From NCBI GenBank assembly GCA_963702205.1, contig OY969724.1, forward strand, positions 3,488,001 through 3,552,000: a DNA stretch of 64,000 nucleotides, written 5' to 3'. Made by a program: the position numbers and the translations under genes. The stretch is from an uncultured candidate division Zixibacteria bacterium. Its GTDB lineage: Bacteria; Zixibacteria; MSB-5A5; GN15; PGXB01. This document shows positions 1 through 11,067 of the stretch, in pieces (within the stretch, counting starts at the first letter, position 1; each line of letters starts with the position of its first letter). The notes beneath the pieces are model-generated. The model saw nothing but the letters and a program-made list of their open reading frames with translations. It had not been told where the DNA came from and searched no databases.

Positions 1-689
<689 letters not shown>

Positions 690-720
690 GACGGTCTTCC
701 AATGCAATCCTTTCCTTATG

Positions 721-769
721 TTCCGTCAGGTGTTGATTCCGACGAGGTCGGAATTGTCACCTGACGGAA
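721..769. repeat. REP-like long hairpin
   Basis: TTCCGTCAGGTG/CACCTGACGGAA outer stem and ATTCCGAC/GTCGGAAT inner stem. Confidence 0.75.
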
Positions 770-888
770 TTCTTTAATTCACCGGAACTTCCAAAATTCA
801 TTTGCAATTATAGCTTATATGGATATATTAAGTCTACATTACTTGCCGTAAAATGAACCTTCTTTTTCAACCCAATGAGGGAATAAAC

Positions 889-2289
889 ATGTTTAAAAGA
901 ATCTTATCGACGGCCGTTTTATTTTCGGCCATTCTCGGTCTCCTGGCAGCCGGTGCCTCGGGCGGTACCAACGCGACGGCGCTGACCACCGTACGCGTCG
1001 CCAACGGCCTGACCAAACCCGTGTTCGTCTGCGCCGCCCCGGGGGACACACAAAGATTGTTCATCGTCGAACAGGACGGCAAGATCAAAATCCTCGAAGG
1101 CGGCGCGGTCCTGACCCGTCCGTTTCTGGACATTTCCGACATCGTCGGTTCCAGCGGCAATGAACAGGGTCTGCTCAGCCTGGCCTTCCACCCCCTCTAC
1201 CAATCCAACGGATTCTTCTACGTCGATTACACCGACACCAACGGTGATACCCATGTGTCGCGTTTTCAGGTTTCAACCGATCCCGACAGCGCCGACGCCT
1301 CCAGCGAATTCAACCTGCTTTTTGTCGACCAGCCTTTCTCCAATCATAACGGCGGCTTGCTGGCTTTCGGACCCAATGACGGCTATTTGTACATCGGGTT
1401 CGGCGACGGCGGTTCCGGCGGCGATCCCGGCAACCGCGCTCAGACCGACAGCACCTTTTTGGGGAAGATACTCAGAATCGACGTCGACGGCGGTACACCG
1501 TACGGTATCCCGCCGACCAATCCCTTTGTGGGCAACCCTTCAGTCCCCGATGAATTCTGGGCCAAGGGCGTGCGCAATCCCTGGCGTTTCAGCTTCGATG
1601 CTGCCACCGGCGATTTGTACATCGGCGACGTCGGTCAGAACAACTGGGAGGAAGTCGATTTCCAACCGGCTTCCAGCCCCGGGGGTCTGAATTTCGGCTG
1701 GCACTGTTACGAAGGCAATCACGATTACAACACAACCGGTTGTTCGACGCCCGATAACTACACCTTCCCCATTACCGAATACGGCCACGGCCCGGAATGT
1801 TCGATCACCGGCGGTTATGTCTATCGCGGCTGCGCCATCCCCGACCTTCAGGGAACATATTTTTACGCCGATTATTGTTCTGCCGAAATTTGGTCGTTTC
1901 GTTATGACGGCGCGAACCTGACCGAATTCACAAACCGCACCAGCGAACTCGCACCGGGGAGCGGGCAGGATATAACCGGCATCTCCTCTTTCGGTGAAGA
2001 CACCTACGGAGAGCTTTATATTTGTGACCTGTCCGACGGCGAAGTTTTCAAAATCGTCCCGGACGGCGTCGCTTCGGCCTGCGGCTTCGTCTGCGGCGAC
2101 GCCAACAGCGATGATGCCGTCAACCTGCTCGACATCCTCTTTCTGATCGACGGCATATACGGCGAAGGTCCCGATCCGCTGGTTTTCAATGCCGCCGACG
2201 TCACCAACGACGGCAATCTAAACCTGCTCGATATTCTGGCCCTCATCGAATACAAATATGGCGACGGCACTCCTCTGAACTGCCCGTAA
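889..2289 (+). CDS. PQQ-dependent glucose/sorbosone dehydrogenase family protein with C-terminal dockerin
   Basis: Signal peptide; EQGLLSLAFHP, NHNGG, GDGGSGGDP, GVRNPWRFSFD motifs; GDANSDDAVNLLDIL and ADVTNDGNLNLLDIL dockerin repeats. Confidence 0.9.
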   Translation: MFKRILSTAVLFSAILGLLAAGASGGTNATALTTVRVANGLTKPVFVCAAPGDTQRLFIVEQDGKIKILEGGAVLTRPFLDISDIVGSSGNEQGLLSLAFHPLYQSNGFFYVDYTDTNGDTHVSRFQVSTDPDSADASSEFNLLFVDQPFSNHNGGLLAFGPNDGYLYIGFGDGGSGGDPGNRAQTDSTFLGKILRIDVDGGTPYGIPPTNPFVGNPSVPDEFWAKGVRNPWRFSFDAATGDLYIGDVGQNNWEEVDFQPASSPGGLNFGWHCYEGNHDYNTTGCSTPDNYTFPITEYGHGPECSITGGYVYRGCAIPDLQGTYFYADYCSAEIWSFRYDGANLTEFTNRTSELAPGSGQDITGISSFGEDTYGELYICDLSDGEVFKIVPDGVASACGFVCGDANSDDAVNLLDILFLIDGIYGEGPDPLVFNAADVTNDGNLNLLDILALIEYKYGDGTPLNCP

Positions 2290-2317
2290 AAAATTATATC
2301 CGGCAATTGCCGGTCAG

Positions 2318-2368
2318 GCCCGGAATTGTTATTATGGTATCGGATAACGAAACCGGGCTTTTTATTTT
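2318..2368 (+). terminator. Possible intrinsic terminator
   Basis: GCCCGG...CCGGGC stem followed by TTTTTTATTTT. Confidence 0.45.
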
Positions 2369-3283
2369 ATGCTTATATCCGACTCGATAAAAAATATTGC
2401 TCTCGCACTCGGCGCCGATGCAGTCGGGATTGCCGAAGCCGCGCCTGTTACACGCCGCGAGGAATTCCTGACGTGGCTCGATGCCGGTTATGCCGGTGAG
2501 ATGGACTATCTGCATAAATATAAAGGCGAGCGCTTCGATCCCCGCGTTTTATTGCCGGGCGCCAAGTCGATAATTGTTATCGGCGTCAATTATTTTCAGG
2601 GTGATGAACCTAAAGTCGAAAGAAAATTCAAAGTTGCCCGATATGCCCGCCGCCACGATTACCATCACGTCCTGCGCAAAATGCTCAAACGCCTCCGCCG
2701 TCATCTGAAGGAGCTCTCCCCCGGTCTGAAAGGCCGCATATGCGTCGATACGGCTCCCTTCATGGATAAATACTGGGCTCAAAAAGCCGGTCTCGGCTGG
2801 CAGGGACGCCACACTAACCTCGTCTCCCGCGAGTTCGGAAGCTGGCTGTTGCTCGGGAGCCTGATTATTACCGAAGAAGTCGATTCCTATGACCAGCCCG
2901 AAATCGACCATTGCGGCCGCTGCCAGCGCTGCGTCGTTTCCTGCCCCACCCAGGCGATCTTTAAACCTTACCGCCTCGACGCCACCCGCTGCATCAGCTA
3001 CTGGACCATTGAGTCGCAAGCGCCGGAAATCGACCCGGACGTTGCCGAGCGCATGGACAACCAGATTTTCGGCTGCGACATCTGCCTGGACGTCTGTCCC
3101 TTCAATAAATTCGAGAAACCGGGCGCACTCGACGCGCTCGCGACCGATCCAAACGTCGACTTGATCGAAAACGACCGTTTAGACGAGCTGGACTCCGACG
3201 GCTTCGACAATATATTCGGCCGCACCCCTCTGTCGCGAGCCGGGTTCGACGGCCTTAAAAAAAACCGAAAAGCCCTTAAATGA
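2369..3283 (+). CDS. queG: Epoxyqueuosine reductase QueG
   Basis: WLDAGYAGEMDYL, VARYARRHDYH, CVDTAP, CGRCQRCVVSCPT, CISYWTIE, FGCDICLDVCPFN. Confidence 0.93.
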   Translation: MLISDSIKNIALALGADAVGIAEAAPVTRREEFLTWLDAGYAGEMDYLHKYKGERFDPRVLLPGAKSIIVIGVNYFQGDEPKVERKFKVARYARRHDYHHVLRKMLKRLRRHLKELSPGLKGRICVDTAPFMDKYWAQKAGLGWQGRHTNLVSREFGSWLLLGSLIITEEVDSYDQPEIDHCGRCQRCVVSCPTQAIFKPYRLDATRCISYWTIESQAPEIDPDVAERMDNQIFGCDICLDVCPFNKFEKPGALDALATDPNVDLIENDRLDELDSDGFDNIFGRTPLSRAGFDGLKKNRKALK

Positions 3284-3321
3284 TCGCGATTAAAATACGT
3301 ATCTTATTGATGCGACAGTAC

Positions 3322-3350
3322 TTGACAAGTGCGGGTTGATTGCGTATAAT
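3322..3350 (+). promoter_or_regulatory. Perfect-consensus sigma70 promoter
   Basis: TTGACA-17bp-TATAAT. Confidence 0.75.
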
Positions 3351-3611
3351 ATATAAAATTATTACACGCGGGATATACTACTTTAGGGTTACTCTAAACC
3401 ACCCGTCTGCAAAGAAAAATGTTTAAAAGACTTAAATAAGCGGAAGCGAATTTATCATGCATCACTATGGTGCATTTTTCGGCTGTGATTGAAAAGCAGT
3501 CGGTTGGATAAAACAAATTACTGCTTGACGTTCTGCAAATTAAGTATTGCGCTTTACGACGATATTACACCACACCGTCCATAAGCAAAATTCCGGAACG
3601 TCTGCGGAACC

Positions 3612-3648
3612 CGGCGAGAGATTGCAGACCTCTCGCCGTTTTATTTAT
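3612..3648 (+). terminator. Intrinsic terminator
   Basis: CGGCGAGAG-loop-CTCTCGCCG followed by TTTTATTT. Confidence 0.65.
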
Positions 3649-3730
3649 AACGTTTTGAAACCTATTTTGATCAATTTTCGTTAAAAAAGATATTATAAAT
3701 CCATTTTCAATCCACGCGCAAGGAGGCCTC

Positions 3731-4316
3731 ATGCCCGAGCAGACTTTATCCGAAATCGATGGAAAAATCGAACGGCTCGAAGAACAACTGAAGGCGACCC
3801 ACCGGCAATTGGCCGAACTTCGACGCAGCCGCCCGCCCGAACCGGTGGGTGAATACACCCTTTATAATCCCGACAAAACACCGGTCAGACTTTCCGAACT
3901 GTTCGGAGATAAAAACGATTTGATTCTCATTCACAATATGGGCCAAGGGTGTCCGTACCTGTACCCTCTGGGCCGACGGATTCAACGGCGTGCATCAGCA
4001 CCTCGAAAACCGGGCGGCGTTTGCGCTCGTGTCCCACGACGCTCCCGGCGTCCTGAAAGAATTCTCATCCGGTCGCGGCTGGAAATTCCGCACTCTGTCC
4101 AATAACGGCGGGACTTTCACCGCCGACATGGGCTTCGAAAGCGATCAAGGGAGGCCCCAGCCGGGTATGTCCACTTTTCATCGGAACGCCGACGGCAAAA
4201 TCTTCCGCGTGGCCCACAGCTATTTCGGACCCGGCGACGATTTCTGTTCACTGTGGCACATGTTCGATCTCCTCAATGGCGGCGTCGGCGATTGGCAGCC
4301 CAAATTGAAATACTGA
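3731..4316 (+). CDS. DUF899-family thioredoxin-like protein, split by an apparent +1 frameshift at ~3959
   Basis: LSELFG..LILIHNMGQGCPY joins CTLWADGFNGVHQHLENRAAF...FGPGDDFC if one C is removed after GTAC. Confidence 0.85.
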
Positions 4317-4431
4317 TACCTGGAGCATTCGGTGTCACGAGGCAAACCTTTTCGGGTAATAATTTCTTTGACTCAAAGTCATGACAGATTTAATTTATAG
4401 CAGAAGGCAAATAATTTCCGGAGCTAAACCA

Positions 4432-4893
4432 ATGATTTCGTTGCGCGATGTAACCCCTGACAATTTTGATGCCGTAGTGGCCTTGAAAGTCGCCCCCGGT
4501 CAGGAAGGCCTATGCAGCACCGTGACCGAGTCGCTGGCACGAGCCTTTTTGCGCATCGACGGCCCGCAGTACACATATATGCCCAAGGCCGTTTACTTCG
4601 ATAACGAACCGATCGGTTTTATTATGATCATATACGATCCGGGGAGCACCGATGATTACTGGCTGTCCGGCGAAGTCATCGACAGAAAATACCAGGGAAT
4701 GGGCCACGCCAAGGGTGCGATAATTGCGGTTATTGAACTGATCAAAGACCGACTGACCAACTGCCGGATGCTTAACATATCCTGCCACCCAGATAACCAG
4801 AGAGTTATCAACATGGCCACCTCTCTCGGATTCGCCGCGACCGGTGAGGACAGAAATAACGAAATCGTATACCGCATGGATTTGCGAAATTAG
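4432..4893 (+). CDS. GNAT N-acetyltransferase (spermidine/spermine acetyltransferase-like)
   Basis: ISLRDVTPDNFDAVVALKV start, IDRKYQGMGHAK acetyl-CoA motif, HPDN...LGF. Confidence 0.8.
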   Translation: MISLRDVTPDNFDAVVALKVAPGQEGLCSTVTESLARAFLRIDGPQYTYMPKAVYFDNEPIGFIMIIYDPGSTDDYWLSGEVIDRKYQGMGHAKGAIIAVIELIKDRLTNCRMLNISCHPDNQRVINMATSLGFAATGEDRNNEIVYRMDLRN

Positions 4894-4938
4894 GTAAATT
4901 ATAAAATCCCAATATCTTATCTCTCAAAGGAGTAACTC

Positions 4939-5430
4939 ATGTCAAAAAAAACAATTGTGATCCTCGGTCTGGCACTTTTGGCTCTTGGCCTGGCCGGACC
5001 GTCGGTGCACGCGCAAAGCAAGCCGGTGCAACTGTCGCTGCTGGCCCCGATTCAGCTTTTCAACGAAAAGCAGCCCATATCGGGCATACGGCTTAGCCTT
5101 TTCTACGGCAAAAACGTGGCGGTCACCGGGCTGGATTACGGCCTTGTTAACCATACCACGACCGGCAAATTTGCCGGAGCCCAGTTCGGCCTGGTCGGTC
5201 TGGCCGACTCGCGCTTTGTGGGATTCCAGAACAATTTCATCAATGTTGCCAAGCAGGATTTCGAGGGCTTCCAATGGGGTTTCGTGAACCATGCCCATTA
5301 CGCCAACGGCTTTCAACTGGGCGTCGTCAACTATGCCGGAAGCATGAAAGGACTTCAGATTGGACTGGTCAATATAATCGGACAGGGCGGCCAATTTCCG
5401 GTTTTCCCGATTATCAACTGGTCATTTTAG
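4939..5430 (+). CDS. Secreted/surface protein with GxQxGxVN repeats (LA_2272-like)
   Basis: Signal peptide, PVQLSL, repeated GAQFGLV/GFQWGFVN/GFQLGVVN/GLQIGLVN, C-terminal FPIINWSF. Confidence 0.75.
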   Translation: MSKKTIVILGLALLALGLAGPSVHAQSKPVQLSLLAPIQLFNEKQPISGIRLSLFYGKNVAVTGLDYGLVNHTTTGKFAGAQFGLVGLADSRFVGFQNNFINVAKQDFEGFQWGFVNHAHYANGFQLGVVNYAGSMKGLQIGLVNIIGQGGQFPVFPIINWSF

Positions 5431-5473
5431 TAATTAAAATGTTTGGCACTACTTGCCATAAACGCTTTTCAAT

Positions 5474-5702
5474 GTCATGCCCGCGAAAGCGGGCATCCAG
5501 CTCTTAGCTCTTTGTAGTCAGGAGCCGTGCCGCAGGTCCTGAGCCTTGCGTTGGGCGCTCCTGACGCTTTAAATATTACACACAATGGAAAACAACTCTT
5601 CGTAGGTCGGGGGACGAAAAAACCCGACATCTTGATCCGACAGTGCAACCAACGTTCCGTCATGTCCTGCTTCGCGATTTATCCCGGAGCATGACATGAC
5701 GG
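5474..5702. repeat. Cluster of four REP-like palindromes between convergent genes
   Basis: GTCATGCCCGCGAAAGCGGGCATCCAG (5474-5500); GTAGTCAGGAGC..GCTCCTGAC (5514-5565); GTAGGTCGGG..CCCGAC (5602-5628); CCGTCATGTC..GACATGACGG (5657-5702). Confidence 0.7.
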
Positions 5703-5710
5703 TTTTTCAT

Positions 5711-6949
5711 TCATTTCCTGGTCCGCTGCACCAGCGGTTTAATCGTCAAACCCTGCACCAAAATAGAGAAAATTACAATTATATATGTGATCGACACGAT
5801 CAAATCCCGTTCGGCCCCACCTGCCAAAGACAGCGCCAGCGCAATCGAAATACCGCCCCTTAACCCCCCCCACGTAAGAATCGTGATGGCCCGGTCGCTG
5901 AACTCCTGCGTATACTTAAAGGCATGCACTACCGTCGAGACCGAAACCAGCCGGGCCAGAAGGATTACCGGGATCGCCAGGAGACCCGCGAAAAGATTAT
6001 CCCGTCCGAAAACCAGGACCAGCATTTCGAACCCGATCCAGACAAACAATACGGCGTTCAATATTTCATCGACCAGATTCCAGAATTTGTCGAGATGATC
6101 TCGCGTCTTTTCGGACATCGCAAACGCCCGGCCGTAATTGCCGATCAACAGGCCTGCCACGACCACCGCGATCGGTCCGGAGGTTTGAATCTGTCTGGCC
6201 AGAGCGTAGCCGCCACATACCAGAGCCAGTGTCAATAATACCTCGACCGAATGGTCGTCGACTTTCTTCAACAGCCGGTACGCTATATATCCAATGACCA
6301 CCCCGAAAACCACTCCGCCGAGAGCTTCCTCGATAAACAATAGCGCCACGTCGCCGATCGAGATCCCGTGCCCCGCGCCTTCAGCGGCCAGACTGACCAG
6401 CACGACAAAAACCACCACCCCGACTCCATCGTTGAACAGCGATTCCCCGGCGATTTTCGTTTCCAGTCTTTTGGGAGCACCGACCGATTTTAGCACCGCG
6501 AGAACCGCCACCGGGTCGGTCGGGGAAATCAAGGCTCCGAAAATAAGGCAGTATATATATGACATCGACAGCCCCACAATTCGGAATATATAGTACATCG
6601 CCGTCCCGATAAAGAAGGTCGATATGATTACACCCACCGTGGCCAGAGCCGTCACCACCCACTTTTCCCGGGCCAGATCGTTAAGGTTTATCTTAAGCGC
6701 CCCGGCAAAAAGCAAAAACGACAGCATCCCCTGCATGAGGGCGTCGCTGAAATTGATATTACCGAGGAATTTCTCGGCCGGAGTCCGAAGATCAATCCCC
6801 AATGCGTCGATCAACAGTACCAGAAGCGACATGCCCAGCCCGATCACCATCAGTCCGATCGTCGACGGCAGCTTTATATAACGGTAATTGATATATCCGG
6901 CCAGCGCGGCCAGGGTGATAAAGACGGCGATTATCGAAAAAATACTCAT
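5711..6949 (-). CDS. nhaP: CPA1/NhaP-type Na+/H+ antiporter
   Basis: FGALISPTDPVAV, IAGESLFNDG, TSGPIAVVVAGL, WGGLRGGISIALALSL; many TM segments. Confidence 0.9.
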   Translation of the reverse strand: MSIFSIIAVFITLAALAGYINYRYIKLPSTIGLMVIGLGMSLLVLLIDALGIDLRTPAEKFLGNINFSDALMQGMLSFLLFAGALKINLNDLAREKWVVTALATVGVIISTFFIGTAMYYIFRIVGLSMSYIYCLIFGALISPTDPVAVLAVLKSVGAPKRLETKIAGESLFNDGVGVVVFVVLVSLAAEGAGHGISIGDVALLFIEEALGGVVFGVVIGYIAYRLLKKVDDHSVEVLLTLALVCGGYALARQIQTSGPIAVVVAGLLIGNYGRAFAMSEKTRDHLDKFWNLVDEILNAVLFVWIGFEMLVLVFGRDNLFAGLLAIPVILLARLVSVSTVVHAFKYTQEFSDRAITILTWGGLRGGISIALALSLAGGAERDLIVSITYIIVIFSILVQGLTIKPLVQRTRK

Positions 6950-7112
6950 CCCGAATTTGTAAAATCCCTCTCGTTTTATTGTAGCCAAAATACTACCGTT
7001 TGATTTTGTTGACAACAAATGATTTTTCGGAACTATACCACCCTATATCGGTTTATGGATATAAATCGACACGATAGTGCAGCAATCGCTTTATAAAATT
7101 AAGGAGTCACGC

Positions 7113-7589
7113 ATGAATCAGGATGCGCGCAAAGTTTTACGCAAACTCGAATACGGTGTTTACATCGTAACCATGGGCCGGGGCCAGTCCGGCAACGCCC
7201 TGACCGCCAGCTGGCTAACCCAGGTAAGTTCCGAACCGCCGATGATCGCGCTGGCCGTCAAATCCAGCCACCAGTCTGCGCAGCTGATCGCCGACACCGG
7301 CAACTTTGTCGTCAACCTGATCGCTGAAGGTCAGGAAGAATTCGCCAAGACGTTTTATGGCCCCGCCGAATCGGGGTATAAAAAGCTCGACGGGGCGACC
7401 GTCACCGACTCGCCCGCATCAAGCTCACCGGTCCTGAGCGGAGCGGCAGGATACCTCGACTGCAAAGTCGTCAACAAACTCGAGGTCGGCAACCACGTCC
7501 TTTTCATCGCCGAAGTATCAGCCGCCTCGCTCGATTCCGACGGCTCTATTCTGACTACGGCCAACAGCAAACTGCATTACGCCGGTTGA
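7113..7589 (+). CDS. Flavin reductase family protein
   Basis: YGVYIVT, ASWLTQVSSEPP, GNHVLFIAEV. Confidence 0.88.
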   Translation: MNQDARKVLRKLEYGVYIVTMGRGQSGNALTASWLTQVSSEPPMIALAVKSSHQSAQLIADTGNFVVNLIAEGQEEFAKTFYGPAESGYKKLDGATVTDSPASSSPVLSGAAGYLDCKVVNKLEVGNHVLFIAEVSAASLDSDGSILTTANSKLHYAG

Positions 7590-8167
7590 TGAAAAACATT
7601 CTGATAGCCGCTTTGTTGCTTCTGGCAGTGAGCTCGACGTCCGCCGGAGAATGCTCGCAAAAAATAAAAATCGACTCGGTAACTTATACTATTCCGTCCT
7701 GGTGGTGCAACCGTACCATTGATTCGTCCCTTATTCCCAAACCCGGCGATTTCATGCGTCTGCCAGCCGAATTTTGCCATAACGATTTCAGAATTTATGT
7801 CCGGAAAGACGCCGGGCAGGCCTTTGTCAGGATGGCTCGTGCCGCCGCCAAAGATTCCGTTTATATCAAAGTGAAATCCGGGTTCAGGTCGGTTCAATAC
7901 CAAAAATCCCTTTTTCGGAAATACCTGTCCGACGGAACAACGTTCAACAAAATCGCCGAGCTTGTGGCTCCCCCCGGCTACAGTGAACACCATACCGGCC
8001 GGGCTTTCGATCTGGCCAGAGGCGCTCTCCGTTTCGATAAAAGCAAAACCTACGGGTGGCTCAAAAAAAACGCCTCAAAATACGGATTTGTCGAAAGCTA
8101 TTCGAAAGACGCCAATAATGGCATTCGCTGGGAACCGTGGCATTGGTATTATAAAGGAATGAAATAA
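7589..8167 (+). CDS. M15 family D-Ala-D-Ala carboxypeptidase (VanY-like)
   Basis: SGFRSVQYQ, APPGYSEHHTGRAFD, WEPWHW; signal peptide. Confidence 0.9.
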   Translation: MKNILIAALLLLAVSSTSAGECSQKIKIDSVTYTIPSWWCNRTIDSSLIPKPGDFMRLPAEFCHNDFRIYVRKDAGQAFVRMARAAAKDSVYIKVKSGFRSVQYQKSLFRKYLSDGTTFNKIAELVAPPGYSEHHTGRAFDLARGALRFDKSKTYGWLKKNASKYGFVESYSKDANNGIRWEPWHWYYKGMK

Positions 8168-8171
8168 CAGG

Positions 8172-10211
8172 TCACCTGGGCAGCTTGATGGTCGGATTGA
8201 GCTTCAAGGTCCGGTCATAAAATGACTCCGCCAGTGTACTGTCCTCTTGATTTTTCAATTGATTGCCGAGAAACTTATAGCACTTAAATTCAAAAGCCAT
8301 GACCTGGAAATTTTGCGGATAGCCGTCCGCAAGCGTCTCCAGTTCCTTTATGGCTCGATCGGTCTGACCGAATGATATATAATTTATTATAAGGTTGAAC
8401 TGCGCGGACAGATTGTCCGGATATTCCATACAGAATTTTTCATTGTAGAAAAGTACCGAATCATAGACCCCGGCCTTGAAATCGAATACACATCTTTCAA
8501 AATCCGTAAGCGGTAAAGTATCCCCCGACACACGGTAAATATCCACGGTTCCGTCGCGAACCAGAAATCGACTGAGCTGCAGGGCGTTTTTTAAAAAAGG
8601 AAACAGCTTGAGCGCTCCCCTCCAATTGCTGACGTCGGCCACGACGTGCGTAACGGGAAATTCAGTAAACAGATTCTTTTCCACGTCGGGAAGACCGAAA
8701 ACATATATGACGGCCTTCAATTTATTATCGATCGTGAAGGCCGGTGCGTACGGACCGGTTAAGACCGCGTCCGGCCCAACCATTTCCGCCACCTCACGGT
8801 TCATGTCGCGCAAATACGGCCCCGGTTCGGCCAGACCGCGATAAATCAAATGCCCCTGGAAGATTACAGTCGCCGCGACCAAAACCAGCAACGCTCCGGA
8901 GAGAATTTTCATCTTCAACCGGTTTGAAAGTTTAAAAAGCGCTACGAAAATTACAGCCGTAATCACTATCGCAATCAACACTGCCCAAAACAGAAAACTT
9001 TGTCCCGTGCTTAGCGCCTCTTTATCGACGACCATGGCCATTTTAGTTTGAATAGTAAGATAAAGCACGATTATAAAAACGAGAGGTATCGTAATCAGTA
9101 TTCTGTCGGTTGAAATTTTTATCTTCTGAGATAACGTCCCACCGACCGCCCCGGCGCACACCGCCGACAGCGGCATAAACAGAAACAGCGTATAGCGCAG
9201 GGGGCGATAGACGAAAGGCGACAGCATCAGCATGCCCAAAAGCAGCCACGACGCCATGAATACGACCGGTATATTTTCCTCGCGAAATTCCAAATATTCC
9301 TTTTGACCCAGCAGAAAGACTATGGATGAAAGCCCGGCCAGACTTACCAAAAACGGCGAAAGACGGAAAAATCCCGATTCTCCGCCATACGTAATAAGAT
9401 TCATAAAAAAGCCGGACAGCGATGCGAAACCGGTCGGGGTACTGTACATCCCGGTGGTCTGTTCGTGATAGTACGATAACATCGTCTGATAATCGCCGCC
9501 GTAAAATATGGCGATATAAATTATCGACCCCGCCACCATCCCCAGTACAGTCAGCACCAACGGTACATATAATTTCTTGTGGAAAATAAATAGGTAGGTA
9601 ATTGCTACCGGAACGATAATTATAAACCCGAAAAGCTTCCCGGAAAAAGCGGCCAGTCCGATCAAACATCCGATTAATAGCTGCGCCCATCGACGGTTAT
9701 AATATCGGGCGAAAATATAATAAATCAGCCCGCACCAGAAAATCAGCCCGTTTTCAAGGAACGGCAACCGGGCGTAGAACATAAACGAGGCGCATAAAAG
9801 TGCCAGGAATGCGCCGAACAGGGTCTCGTTCGAAGAGCGGTGCCGCCCCACCCCGAGATACATCAACAAAAGTCCGATAGAATTCAAAAACAGCCCGGCC
9901 AGGTTGGCCGTAACCCGAGACACACCGAACAAAGAAAAAACCAGAAAGGCCGCCCCGGAGACAAGAGAATTTTTAAATACGTCCCAGCGATGAAAATCGA
10001 ACGGCGTCCAGTCGCCGAACAGGACGGCATTGCGGGCATGCAAAGTCAGGTGATAGGGATCGGTCAGGTGGGCCTGCGTGATGCCTGCGAAAAAGTACGG
10101 CGGGTCGATTTCCAGCGATACAAAACGAAGTATCGCCAGAATCGGAATGGCCGCCAGCAGAAACCATTTAATATAAGTCCCGGCCTTTGTTTGAAAATCG
10201 ACAGAACCCAT
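8172..10211 (-). CDS. GT-C (ArnT/PMT-like) membrane glycosyltransferase with C-terminal TPR-like region
   Basis: Multiple TM segments, LFGVSR, ARLPFLEN, RY motif; helical C-terminus. Confidence 0.6.
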   Translation of the reverse strand: MGSVDFQTKAGTYIKWFLLAAIPILAILRFVSLEIDPPYFFAGITQAHLTDPYHLTLHARNAVLFGDWTPFDFHRWDVFKNSLVSGAAFLVFSLFGVSRVTANLAGLFLNSIGLLLMYLGVGRHRSSNETLFGAFLALLCASFMFYARLPFLENGLIFWCGLIYYIFARYYNRRWAQLLIGCLIGLAAFSGKLFGFIIIVPVAITYLFIFHKKLYVPLVLTVLGMVAGSIIYIAIFYGGDYQTMLSYYHEQTTGMYSTPTGFASLSGFFMNLITYGGESGFFRLSPFLVSLAGLSSIVFLLGQKEYLEFREENIPVVFMASWLLLGMLMLSPFVYRPLRYTLFLFMPLSAVCAGAVGGTLSQKIKISTDRILITIPLVFIIVLYLTIQTKMAMVVDKEALSTGQSFLFWAVLIAIVITAVIFVALFKLSNRLKMKILSGALLVLVAATVIFQGHLIYRGLAEPGPYLRDMNREVAEMVGPDAVLTGPYAPAFTIDNKLKAVIYVFGLPDVEKNLFTEFPVTHVVADVSNWRGALKLFPFLKNALQLSRFLVRDGTVDIYRVSGDTLPLTDFERCVFDFKAGVYDSVLFYNEKFCMEYPDNLSAQFNLIINYISFGQTDRAIKELETLADGYPQNFQVMAFEFKCYKFLGNQLKNQEDSTLAESFYDRTLKLNPTIKLPR

Positions 10212-10244
10212 GCCCGATTAATATAGTCTTTTCGACAATAAAAT

Positions 10245-10991
10245 CTACCTGATTATCCGGCCCAGGCGGCTCCAGCGAACCCGATCGTAAAAATGGACGA
10301 TATTATACACGAACATACGCGGCACCGACAGCGGTTCGCTCAGTTCGGCGCCGGGCGAATCCGGATCGGGCGCCCATGACCAGTGAATAATCATCGCCTC
10401 ACCCTCAATGAGGTCGCGATGCACCGGCCCCCAGAACCGGGAATCCAGGGAATTATCCCGATTGTCCCCCATCATGAAATAGTAATCCGGCCCCAGAGTG
10501 TACGGACCGAAATTGTCGGGCGTATCCCGTCCCGACGCCGGCCGTTTCTTGATTTCCGGGTTTATGAATTTGCTGTGCGGCGGATTGGGGAAAAGTATCC
10601 CGTCGACATAGAGCTGCTTGTCTTTTACTTCCACCGTCTGACCCGGCGTCGCCACACACCGTTTTATATAATTGGTCCGTCGGTCGACCGGCCATTTGAA
10701 TATGATCACGTCGCCCTGTTTCGGGTCGCGCACGGCTGGAAGGCGATATCCGATAAACGGCAGCTGGGCGCCATAGATAAATTTATTAGCCGCCAAAAAA
10801 TCCCCGATCAACAGCGTATCTTCCATCGACGCCGAAGGAATCTTGTACGCTTCCACGATCGACGTCTTAATGACGACGGCCAGAACGACGGCTATTAATA
10901 ATGACTTTACATTGTCCCAGACGGCATCGGCCATGTCGGACTTGCCTTTGACCGGTTTGGGTTTTGCTTTGCTTTTTCCCTTGGCTGCCAT
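10245..10991 (-). CDS. lepB: Signal peptidase I (copy 1)
   Basis: IPSASMEDTL, YIKRCV, YFMMGDNRDNSLDSRFWG. Confidence 0.93.
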   Translation of the reverse strand: MAAKGKSKAKPKPVKGKSDMADAVWDNVKSLLIAVVLAVVIKTSIVEAYKIPSASMEDTLLIGDFLAANKFIYGAQLPFIGYRLPAVRDPKQGDVIIFKWPVDRRTNYIKRCVATPGQTVEVKDKQLYVDGILFPNPPHSKFINPEIKKRPASGRDTPDNFGPYTLGPDYYFMMGDNRDNSLDSRFWGPVHRDLIEGEAMIIHWSWAPDPDSPGAELSEPLSVPRMFVYNIVHFYDRVRWSRLGRIIR

Positions 10992-11067
10992 AACTCTTTC
11001 TAAAATACTCCAAATTGCCGAGACGGGCAAGATATAAGATTAGGCGAAAATCAACGATATTCCTGTC

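Noticed and set aside
3360..3425. preQ1 or purine riboswitch after queG
   Set aside because: The consensus nucleotides are not matched and the element is downstream of queG.
3731..4316. Programmed frameshift or true pseudogene (also 42217-43901 and 60181-62368)
   Set aside because: No slippery heptamers or further decay; the shared GTAC context favours sequencing error.
7589..8167. Vancomycin resistance cluster
   Set aside because: A lone M15 peptidase with no vanHAX or vanRS.
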